Source: the human T2T-CHM13v2.0 reference genome, Homo sapiens. From it: DNA of 64,000 nucleotides. The stretch's first letter is position 1. Each line of letters begins with the position of its first letter. The notes under the pieces are model-generated. The model did no database searches, had not been told where the DNA came from, and saw only the letters and a list, made by a program, of their open reading frames with translations. Below are positions 42,966 through 55,134 of the stretch, piece by piece. The stretch lies in the NCBI RefSeq assembly GCF_009914755.1, contig NC_060932.1; one strand, 5' to 3'. The position numbers were made by a program, and so were the translations under genes.

Positions 42966-43996
42966 ACCTGTAACCACCCGAAATCAGCTGGCCTCATAAA
43001 ATGTTGGAATGGCCTTTTAGAGGCCCAGCTGATGTACCAGCTCAGAGGCAACACACAAGGGATGGGGCACCATCCTTCAGGGTACTGGATCTACATTATA
43101 TCAGAGACCACTCTAGGTTATGGTACCCCAACAGGAAGCTCACACGGATTCAGGAACCAAGACAGCAGGAGTAGTCCCAATGAGCCCCTGGGGCACTTTT
43201 ATGCTTCTTGTCCCTGAAACCCTGAAACTTTTAAAAGAGTTGCAGGTCCTGGTATCCAAAGGGGACATACAACTTCCAGAGCACACAAAACAGATCCCAT
43301 TGAAATACAAGTTATGGCTGCTGCCAGGGCCCTTTCGTTTCCCTGTGTCCATGTCCCAGGAAGAGACCAGTCAATATACTGCTGGGCCACTGGCCCTGAG
43401 TAGTGGTGCTTTCATACAATAGCAGCATTGAGGAATATGTGTAGAACCCAGCTGATTCAGTTGGGTACCTCCTGGTACTTCCATGCTCCCTTGTAATGGT
43501 GAAACTCCTTGTATAGCCACCTGTTCTAGAAACTCAGACACCTCAGGAATGAAGGTGTGGGTCACACCACCAGTAAGCCCCCCAATATCTTCTGAAGTTA
43601 CTGCTGAGGTTGAGATAGTTTAGAATGGACAGTAGAAGAAGAGGAGGGAATACTAGTTGCAGCCTTGAGGTCAACCACAGTAATGGGGCTCTAGTTTGTC
43701 TCACTAAACTCCTTCTTAAACCATGCTTCCCATGGGCCTGACACAAGGATTTTAGCCAAATGTTATACTACATTATCTGTAAGTGACAGATTTACTCAAA
43801 GTTTTAGTTTCCTTTTCTGAAATGGGAATGGTGTTCACAGGGAAGGTTATGTGAAATGTGAAGGCTATGTAAAGTTTTTGGTAATTTTTTTGCTGGATTT
43901 TGAAATCTCCTCTTGCTAACCTCCATGGTCTTTGTTCCATCTTCCAGCTCCAAACAGAACAAATCTAACCCCTCTCTTGTAGTCACCCTTCAGATA

Positions 43997-44211
43997 TAGC
44001 AAGTCCTCCCTTAACGTTTTCTATAGGTTCTTCAAAACTGCTAATTTAAGTGAAACAACATATTATATCACAGGTACTCAAATAATGCTCTTTCATTCAA
44101 TGCTTCACCATAACATTGGATAAGGAAAACAAATGGGTCTTGTTGGGCATCATTTTGCTTAAAGTCATAGTTTCCAAGAACCTACTGATGCCATTAAGTG
44201 AGGACTTATTG
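43997..44211. mobile_element. MER6-family (TcMar-Tigger) MITE
   Basis: Long TIRs AGCAAGTCCTCCCTTAACG..TAGGTTCTT..AAACTG / TAGTTTCCAAGAACCTA...TTAAGTGAGGACTTATTG. Confidence 0.8.
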
Positions 44212-44707
44212 CACTTGAAATTAGCATTGCTCATTAGCCACCAGACCAGGTCCCAGTCTTAAGCTTACACTGTTTCTTCTTCCTCCTGCTGTTAAGTTGA
44301 TCAGCTTTCTGTTTGCTGCAGTCATCAGTGTCCTTTTGAAACATGGCACCCATAATGACTCCCTGCACTCTTAATATGGGCTGACAGGTGCAGAAAACAG
44401 AGAACCTGGCCCCTCTGGGGAGCTGGTAGATCTTCACCTGTATTGCAGCCAAGGTCTGCATCACAGAATTAGTACTTTGATTATGTAATTAATCTAAAAA
44501 CCCTTATCTGTCCCTAGAAGCTGCAGCATTGGCAGGTTACCCCTATTCTATACATACGTAATTGATTTTTTGAGCATGAAAATTGGCAAAACTTTGGAAT
44601 CTGAATTTTCAGTGGCTGACAGTGGATATCTGCAATTGATATCTCCCCAGCTTCCTTTCCACTTTTGGAAGGTCCTTCTCTCATTCTCTGTGACTCTTGA
44701 GAAGTCG

Positions 44708-45705
44708 CTGTGGCAAACACATACTAGCTTTCCCCACTTACTAGCTTTTCCTCCCTTTTCTCTTTCTAGAGACCTGACGTTTATCATATGGCCCATGGCT
44801 CTGTGCTATAGAGGGGTCCGAGCCCTTCCCCAACCCCTAGGATTGAAACACTATTGCAGTATCACAACCATCCGCAAAGATTGGGTAGACAGTGGGCCAA
44901 TGGTGCAATCCTGACCAAGGAAACATCAGAGTGTCTGCTCAGAGACCCCTAAAAAGACTTCTAACAGGTAATATTTAAAAAAAAAACAAAAAGAAAAACA
45001 AAAAAAAAGGAGGATAAAAAGGAGAGAGAGAGAAAGGTACGAGAGAAAATCCTTCTGTTAAAAGAAAAACCTTGGACAAATTAAAGAGTTTGAGTAAAGA
45101 GTGATTTGTGAATTGGGCAGACCCCAAACCAGAATAGGTTCAGAGAGGCTCCAGTGCAGCTGCGTAGTAGAGGAAATTTATGAACAGAAAAGGGAAAGTG
45201 ATAAGCAGAAAACGGAAGTGAGATATGGAAACAGCCGGATTGGTTACAGCTCGGGAATTATGTTATTTGAACTTAGTTCGAACAATTGGCCACCTGTGAT
45301 TGGCTGAAACTCTGTGCAATCAGACAGAGAGTAGGAGAGGAGGTTATAGTCTGTTTACACATCCAGTTAGGTTGAGTTACACATCCAGCTACATGGTGGA
45401 GGAAATTACCATGGCTCACTATGGCCAGAGAAACCTTTAGGCCAAACTTAAAATATGTCAGGAGGCAGCTTTAGACTAAACTTAACACCTTCTTTGCAGC
45501 TTCAGGAAGTGGTTGCTGGAACATCATCCCCGGCCCACCTGACCCATCTGAGAACCATGGGGAAGGGGCGGTGAGGAGGGCAGGTAAGAAAATGAGCCAC
45601 AGTGTTAAGATGACAACATGATTTCTGATTATACCAACTCTGCAGCCACCCTGCCTGGCAATGCTTTTAAATGGGAGATTAAAATGCCCTTATTGTTTCA
45701 GAGGA
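44708..45705 (+). mobile_element. Old MLT1-type LTR remnant split by a MER57-like LTR
   Basis: TGTGGCAAACAC start, CAATCCTGACCAAGGA, and ATTAAAATGCCCTTATTGTTT near the end; highly decayed. Confidence 0.45.
45056..45487 (-). mobile_element. MER57-like (ERV1) solo LTR
   Basis: TGTTAA...TTAACA termini, CCTTC on both flanks, and the characteristic AAAACGGAAGTGAG...GGATTGGTTACAGCTCGG and GCCAAACTTAAAATATG..AGGAGGCAGCTTTAG. Confidence 0.85.
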
Positions 45706-47267
45706 CTTTGGGCTCCCAGAGTTTCCTCTCGTTTCTGGGGATCAAGTTTTGGGCACTTCGTCTGATCCCATGAGCTGGCCAGTATTTCTACCAAAGTCCT
45801 TTTTCGCTATTAAATGTGCTGTGTTAATTTCAGTTGCTTAAATCTAGAACCTCAGCTCAGGTACTGTTTGTAAGGAAAGGGAAACAAGACAGAAAGGTTA
45901 ACACGTGTCAGGAGAGGAAAGGACAGCCGCACACATGTCACTTAGCCTGAAAACAAACAGCCATTTATGTATACGGAAGTACATTAATTGCCAAAATTGA
46001 ACTAATGAAAGAGACATAATTAGCTTCTGAGAACGGAAGAAACCAAGTTGATCTCCTAATGAGGTCTGAATAGGCCTCTCATTAGCCACATGGCTGGGGA
46101 CTGACATGAGGTGGCAGAGCTCAGAGAGAACACAGAAAAGAACAGGTTGGAAGGCAGATGGGGACCCGGGGGTCCCTGGGTCCTGGATCCTCCAAGGGAA
46201 CTTCATCCCAACAAGAATAGAGAAGCCACCCAAGGAAAAAAGTGGCCCATAGATAGAAGGTCAATGGACATTTCCCCATAGCCCCTGCTCTTGCTCATAA
46301 ACCTACTTCCCTCATGAGCTTTTTTTTCCTCAGGTGAAAAGGGCCACCAATTTTTCCCACAACCCTCAGCCTGTTGCCTCCTAGGGTATACTGCCTGCGT
46401 GCCCCTAGCCTCAGAATCAGCTGAGCTGTTTCTGGGCCCCATTCAGACTTACTTAATTACATCTCTGGGTGTGAGTCCCTAAGCTCTGCTATGCAAGATG
46501 CCACCAAAATATCATTAGAAAACTGATGCAAACACCAAGTTAATTTATCATTTTACAGAAGCCCATGGGGGAAAAATTTCAATGATTGACCCAAACTAAT
46601 AAATCTCTAATTTTGAAATCTGCCTTGGCTTGGTAACAGAGAAAACCAGACATGAGATGGATAGTTGTACCACATAGATAAAATCTGCTTCCATCTAAGT
46701 ACAGCCAACGACAGTCATGCCCCACATAATGACCTTCTGCTTAATGATGGACCACACAAATGACATTGGTCCCATAAGTTTATAATGAAGCTGGAAAATT
46801 CCTATCGCCTAGTAACATTGCTGTTCTCATCATAAAGTACAACACATTACTTACATGTTTGTGGTAATGCTCAGGTAAACAAACCTACTGTGCTGCCAGT
46901 CATATAAAAGTCTAGCTTATATGATTATGTACAGTATGTAATACTTAATAAATGACTATTATCATTCACTGGTTTATGGATTTACTATACTATACTTTTT
47001 ATTGTTTAAGAGTAGTATACTCCTTCTACTTAAAATATTTACCTGCATAATGTCCTCAGGCAGGCCCTTCTATGGGTATCCAGAAGAAGGCTTTGTCATA
47101 GGAGATGACAGCTCCATGCATGTTATTGACCCTAATGACCTTCTACTGGGACAAGATATGGAGGTGGAAGACAGTGATATTGATGATCCTGACCCTGCAT
47201 AGGCCTAGGCTAATGTGTTTGTTTGTGTCTTAGTTTTTAACAAAAATGTTTTAAAAGTTTTTTGAAA

Positions 47268-47577
<310 letters not shown>

Positions 47578-47838
47578 TTAAAAAAATAAAACTTTTTAGA
47601 ATGGAAAAAAGCTTATAGAATAATGATATAAAGAAAGAAAATATTTTTGTACATCTATACAATGTGTGTTTTAAGCTAAGTATTATTGTAAAAGAATCAG
47701 AAAGTTTAAATTGTTTTTAAAGTTTATAGAGTAAAAAAGTTATAGTAAGCTAAGGTTAATTTCCTATTGAAAATTTTTTTTTAATTTAGTGTAGCTTGAG
47801 TGTACAGTGTTTATAAAGTCTACAGTAGTGCACAGTAA

Positions 47839-48365
<527 letters not shown>

Positions 48366-48734
48366 TAGGAGCAATAGGTTTTACCATCTATACCATAGGT
48401 TATACCACCTACAACATAGCCTAGATGTGTGGTAGGCATTCTATCCAGCTTTGTGTAATAAGTGCACTCTATGGTGTTAGCACAATGACTAAACCGCCTA
48501 ACAGTGCATTTCTCAAAACGTCTCCATGTTGTTAGGTGACACACGACTGTAATGTTCTTTCCATCCAGATCAAGACAGGTACACTTTCTTCAATTCTCCC
48601 AAACTGTTTTTTATTACATTTTGTTAAAATGATTTCATCAACTACACTAGGTCAAGCACTGCATTAGGGGCTCCATCCCCAGAGCCCAGTGGAATTTCTG
48701 GGGCACAGTGAAGTTCAATGCACTCACTGAACAT

Positions 48735-48950
48735 CAACAAACCTGGCTATCGTCCTCTCTGTGTTCGGCACTGTGCTGGATACTTGACACATATTTACTC
48801 ATTCAATCCTTACAACCACTCATTTACAGGTTGAGAAAATAAAGCTCAGAGAGGTTCAGAGACTCGCTCAAGGTCACACAGTCAGCTAAGTATGGAGCTG
48901 CTTCAAGCAGGCCCTCTGCACATTGTCCCCTACTGCGCTACCTTCATACA
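48735..48950 (-). mobile_element. MIR
   Basis: CATTCAATCCTTACAACC...AAAGCTCAGAGAGGTT...CAAGGTCACACAG. Confidence 0.8.
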
Positions 48951-49042
48951 ACTCGTAGCTTCTCAGAAAGACAGGCTTATAGAGAAGGAACCATGTTTCC
49001 ATGTTTTCATATAGCTCATTGCTTTCAATTTTTTGTCATGTC

Positions 49043-49172
49043 TTTTTTTTTTTTTGATGGTGTCTCGCTATGTTACCCAGTCTGGTCATCTTAAACTCCT
49101 GGGCTCAAGCCATCACCTCATCTCAGCCTCCTGAGTAAGTGGGACTACAGGCACACGCCATTGCACTTGGCT
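49043..49172 (-). mobile_element. Alu monomer (FLAM-type)
   Basis: T-tail followed by GTCTCGCTATGTTACCCAG...AACTCCTGGGCTCAAGC...GGGACTACAGGCAC; single arm. Confidence 0.88.
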
Positions 49173-49180
49173 AGTCATTG

Positions 49181-49260
49181 CCAGGTTGGTGCAAATGTAA
49201 TGGCGCGTCTTGCCCTTAAAACTAACGTCAACAACTGCAATTATGTTTGCGCCAGCCTAA
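49181..49260. mobile_element. Full-length (80 bp) diverged MADE1
   Basis: AGGTTGGTGCAAATGTAAT...ATTATGTTTGCGCCAGCCTAA|TA; self-complementary. Confidence 0.85.
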
Positions 49261-49781
49261 TAGTAAAAAGTCATTCACCTCAAAACATTTTTGGAACGAA
49301 ACAAGGTATGATGAGTCAGGAGAGCATCGCGTTGAAGACATGGAGGGAAATGGCATGGGTTTGGATCAGGGCTGCAACTGTTGTGGCCCCTCCCTAAGGA
49401 CTGAATTTCCTCCTGTGGTTATTAAAATGGAACCAACAAACACACGCAAAGCATTCAGAACAGTATCTAACACTGAGGGAGCAACAACAAATGTTATGAC
49501 TGTTATCTAAATAACAGTAATACAGAATCATGAGCCCTTCCAGTTTAAATGAACCTTAGACAACAGCATTTTTCAACAGAACATGATAACACTAAGGCTT
49601 TCTATGATCATTTAACACACCCTCATATTGCCTGTTATTAAAACACTTAAAGTATAATAAATATATATATATATAGAAGAAGAATATGCAATCGAAAAAA
49701 TAAAACACAATCCACATGTAGAGGTGACTACATTACAGCCATGTGGCCTAAACAGATTCTGACGATAGGCACGGATAATAA

Positions 49782-50124
<343 letters not shown>

Positions 50125-50819
50125 AAGTACTTTTTTGTTTTTGACTATAAAATACAGCTTTGTCTAAGTTGTAACTGATTTTTAAAACATATACACTAAA
50201 CCTAGTGCTTAACAAATGAAGAGATAAGTATAATTTGATGTTCTTTTCACTGATTTCTGTTATTATCACAGCATAATCTAACTATCATTTCATCACTGGG
50301 CTTCAAATTAGTTATAAACATATTCCTCTTGACAACATGGAAGACGCAATGTAGGCACTGAAAATGCATACATTTGTTGCCCTGAACGATTGTAAAAGGC
50401 AACACTAGAAGCCTGCAGAGGGTCTGAAAGGAGAGGCTAAGGAAAGAGGGAGGCACATACAGGCCAGAATAGAATAAATATTTAAGAAACTTGCAAACTA
50501 CATGTGTGTGTGTTGGGGAGGGCTGATCAATAAAGATTTTATAGAAAAGCTACCATTTGGGGCGAGCCTTACCGGACCCTTGGGACGCCAACAGGCGGAG
50601 ATGAAGAAGTGTGTTCCAGGTGGGGATAGCCGCTGCCCCAGTGCCTGGGGGCATCCAGGTTCCTCCTGCTGGGCTCTGCACAGCTTCCTGCTGCCGCCCT
50701 CCTCTGCCCTGGCCCAAGGTGGGGAGGGGCGGCAATTAAAGGCTGCGACCTGGGTGCTCCCCTGGCCCCTCTCTGCTGTCTTCGTGTTGCCCCCCATTCC
50801 CTGGCCTGGTGTTCACCTG

Positions 50820-51497
50820 CCCTCTCTCACTCTCCTTTTTTTCACCTTCTCACTCCCCTACTCATCATTTTTCTCCTTCTCCCTCCCCCCACTCTTCCTC
50901 CTTCTCTTCCCCGTTTCTTTCCTTCTTTCCCTCTCCTCTCTCCTGTGTCTCTTTCCTTCCTCACTTTTTCTCTCTCCCTCCCCTCTCCCCCCGGCTCTTT
51001 CTCTCCTCTTTCCCCTATCCCTTCTCTTTCCCTTTTTCTCCCGGTTTTTCCCCCTTCTTTCTTTCCTTTCCCTCTCCTCCTCCCTCTCCTAATCCCCTTT
51101 CTCTCATCTCTCCTCTGGGTCTCTCCCCAGTCTATCTCCTTCTCTCCCTTTCTCCCTGCTCTCTATTTCCCTCTCTCTCTACCCGCTTTCTTTCCCCCGC
51201 TCCTCTCTCCCTCTCTCCTTTGTATCTCTCCCCGCTCCTTTCTCTCCTTCTCTCTCCTCTAATTTCTCCTTTCTCTCCCCTCTTTCTTTCCCTGTCTGTA
51301 TCTCCCCCCTTTTTCTCTCCTCTCCCTTTTTCCCTCCACTTTATTTCCCTTTCTCTTCCCCCCTTCTTTCCCCCTCTCTCCCTCCCTCTCCCTTCTCTCT
51401 GTCTCCCTCTCCCTCTTCCCCTCTTTCCCTCTCCCCCCAGCTCTCACTCTCCCTCTCCCCCCAGCTCTCACTCTCCCTCTCCCTCCCTCCCTCATCT
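50820..51497. repeat. Polypyrimidine/polypurine (CT-rich) low-complexity tract, about 680 bp
   Basis: Almost only C/T on the + strand; ends with two copies of CTCTCCCCCCAGCTCTCACTCTCC. Confidence 0.95.
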
Positions 51498-52449
51498 CAC
51501 CCAGCCTGGATTCTTCATGACCGATTTTTTTAATTATTTGGGAAAAAATGTTTCCTCTTTATGAACAAGAGAGAAAAGCATTTCTCCTCCCCAACAGATT
51601 AACTATTTGAAATGCACATAAACTGTAAGTTTCTCTCAGCAGAGAAACTGGTCCCTAGAAACTGATATTTTCCCCCTAAATTTTCTTACGGCACCAGAAC
51701 TTTGTCTATACTTATTTACCATAAAAACAACATTGTGCACTCTAAAAGTCAAGACAGGATAAACACCAAAACTCTCACCTGTAATATCACCTTAAACCTA
51801 ACGTACTCTTCCCAGCCTAACAAAATCATTAGCAATTCTTGGATTCCCTCCAAGTCTTCACTCATGCACTGACTTCACGTAGCTGTAATTGTTAGCAAAA
51901 CTGATTTCACGAAGAGCATCTATTCCTACAAACTCAGGTTTCAAGCATTTTAAGATGAACTCAGTATAACAAGATGAACCCAAGTGACACCAATTTTGAG
52001 ATTTTTTTTTTTTGAAACCTGGAAATTCAAACTGCAGTGGGCTGACTTGGAGCTGCTTCACCTGGACAGGGTGTTGTGCCCCTATTTAGGCTAGAAAACC
52101 CTACCTTTGGGTAATTTGATGATTGGTTGTATTGGAGCTCAGAGCTTGCAGGTGGGAGTAAGCTTCTCTTGAAACAAGGGAAAGGTCAATCCTGGGACTG
52201 GGAGGGGTTGAAAGGCCAGTCTTGGTCAGCTGTGAGCAAAAGAACTTCCTCCTCTCTCTAGGCTGAGGGGTAGAAATTGGGCCAGTATCTCCACACCCCG
52301 ACAACTTCCAAATGCCGCTCTGGCCACAGGGAGGCAGGAAGTATCCCTGGTGTGGGACAGTCCTGGGAGGGTCCCAGGATGGCTCTGGGCCTATTTTGTG
52401 CTTACAAATTATTCTCCATACTCTTCTTCCTTCCATTATCCGTAGACTT

Positions 52450-52747
52450 CCCCCTCAAACCCCGAAACGGAGTCTCACTCTGTTGCCCAGGCTGGAGTGC
52501 AGTGCCGTGGTCTCGACTCACTGCAACCTCCGCCTCCCAGGTTCAAGCGATTCTTGTGCAATAGCCTCTGAGTAGCTGGAATTACAGGAGTGCACAACCA
52601 CTCCCGGCTATTGTTTGTATTTTTAATAGAGGCAGGGTTTCACCACGTTGGCCAGGCTTGTCTCAATCTCCCAACCTCAGGTGATCTGCCCAACTCCTCG
52701 GCCTCGCAAAGTGCTGAGACTGTAGGCGTGAGCCACCGCGCTGGGCC
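52450..52747 (-). mobile_element. AluS lacking an A-tail (G-rich tract instead)
   Basis: Antisense dimer GAAACGGAGTCTCACTCTG...GAGCCACCGCGCTGGGCC; imperfect TSD TATCCGTAGACTT / TATCCTCAGGCTT. Confidence 0.93.
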
Positions 52748-52802
52748 TATCCTCAGGCTTTTACTAAAGACACTTAAAGGTTACAGCCTGGTCTTTCTTA
52801 TT

Positions 52803-53229
52803 TGAGTTAGTTTCCAATGACTGCTGAACAGATTCACAAACTTGTCTTAACACAACAGAAATTTGTTATCTCGCAGTGCTGGAGGCCAAAAGCTAAAATC
52901 AAGATGTCGGCAGGACTGTGCTTATTACAACGGCTTGGGGAGAATCCTTCTTTCTGTCTCCCGCTTTAGGCCCCTGTGTTCTTGGCTTGTGGCAGCATCA
53001 CTCTACGCTGTCTGTCTCCACGTGGCCTTGCCTCCGTGCCTGTTTTCCCTCTTCTTCTCCTATGTGAACACCGTCACTGGAATTAGAGTGCACCCTGGTA
53101 ATCTAGGATGATCTCATCTTGAGATGCTTAATTTCATTACTTTGCAAGGATCCTATTTCCAAAGGTCACACTCACAGATTCCAGTCGGACATGATTTTTT
53201 TTGAGGCAGGTCCATTCAACGTGCTATCA
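52803..53229 (-). mobile_element. MLT1B/C LTR
   Basis: TGAGTTAGTTTCC...CAACAGAAATTT..TCTCGCAGTGCTGGAGGCC...GGATGATCTCATCTTGAGA...CCATTCAAC. Confidence 0.85.
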
Positions 53230-54753
53230 TTGTGGTGTGGGAAATTCAAGACAGAAACTGCACCACCTTGGAGACAAACTGGACTAGTGGAGAGCAGTGT
53301 TCCTTCCCCTACAGCCAGAGCTGGGGGAACAACTCGGCACAGTGGAGGTCTCACAAGGCACCAGGAGTAAAGCAATAGGCAAGGCTATGACAGCACACCC
53401 GAATCCCAGGACCCGGGGATAAGTCGTATCTTAGGAATATCTGCCCATGAAGGCAGTGGGCCGCAGGATCCCACTTTGAGGTGCCAGTGCTGATTGTCAT
53501 TCCTTCCAAGATGGTAAACCATTAGGACATCTGGATCCCTCCCTAAGATCAACCCTGGAGGAGCTGCAGAGGAGAAACAGGGCACAAGAGGACCAGAGAG
53601 GGCTGTGGGGAGCGGGGAAGAAGAAAACGAACCGTTAAAGTTCTGTTGCTCCCTCTCCCCCAGCATCCTCCTGGGACATACAGCGATGGCCCCCACACCT
53701 GGAAGGACTCAAGCTCTGAATCCAGCACCTTCAGGAAGCAAGTGATGGCATCCCAGAGGCCCTATGCTTGAGACAGACTGACGAAAACAGGTGGATCTAG
53801 GTAAAATCAGTCTCTGCTACCCTCCTCATCTAAACCCTCAGTGCAGGTGAGTCAGGATGCAAATGTAAGGAGGGTTCCCTCCTGATACTGCTTCTCCCCA
53901 GCGTAAGGACAGAAGAAGGTGACAGGGTGACTTGAGGAGTTATTTAGGGGCCGGGGTGGAGGTGTCACTCCAGCTCTCTGGTGCTGGACAGTCCTCCCCA
54001 GGCATATCTTCTCCATTACATCCACACTAAGCTCACAGGGACTCACAGTTACAGGGTCTATTTCCCTGAATACTCATTTCCTTACAAAATACCCAGTATC
54101 TCTGTTGGTGAGGGAAAGGCATGTATGTCAAAATAAAAAGACATTGTAAGGCCCAATCATTTCAAAACAAAAACATGTTAGGTTATTGTGTGCACTGGAA
54201 GTAAAATAATTAGAAGCAAAATAATTAGAAAGCCAATCATTTTAAATTAGCCAAAAAAACTTAAAAGGAGGTTGCAAAGAATAATTTTCAAACAGTTAAA
54301 GATATGACTCTCATACAAATCATAGTGAAATGTATTTTAACTCAGATTTAACTCCAAAAGAATGCTAAAGTTGGTTCAAATGAGAATTTGAAAGATGGGG
54401 TATATATGTATAGTCAATGGAAGACAGATTACTAGAATATGATTGCTAAATCAGACACCAAATCAGTTAATGTCTTACAGAGCAAAAGAAAACAAAAATA
54501 AAACCTTTAAGGTATTCTTTTCTACTAGACAGAAATTAGTTTTTATGTATCAATTATTGACAGATTAACCTGTAGCTTCACACAATATGAGCCCTAAGCA
54601 GTTATAAGGAATAAGTCAAAAGCAATTATCCTAAGAGTTAGATAATCTTTGAACGGAACTAAACAATGCTCCAGTATGACACTAAAAGGACTTGCGCTTT
54701 TCCTTTGCCTTAGTTCCAAGTTTCAGACAATTTTTCTTAAGAGAGATAAAAGA

Positions 54754-55134
<381 letters not shown>

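Larger units (their letters stand above)
37487..43740 (+). mobile_element. Fossil ERV-L internal region (ERV3-16A3/HERV16-like): gag-pro-pol-IN-dUTPase remnants, non-coding
   Basis: Protease LLDTGS at 40175-40192; RT LWPLQKLDGPWRL at about 40591-40629 and HYIDGIML at 40926-40949; integrase WWYIDY at 42401-42418; dUTPase-like IPLKYKLWLLPGPF in ORF 43120-43422; SGMKVWVTPP at about 43543-43572. Confidence 0.88.

Noticed and set aside
40140-43600. Possible domesticated ERV pol gene
   Set aside because: Many stops and frameshifts, an MST insertion in integrase, and a mutated YxDD.
47002-47202. Acidic ORF ending EVEDSDIDDPDPA
   Set aside because: C-terminal transposase remnant normal for Tigger3b; no catalytic domain and no sign of domestication.
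50502-51564. Longest ORFs in the track (196 aa and 251 aa)
   Set aside because: They arise from the CT-only tract, which cannot contain stop codons; S/P/L/F low complexity.
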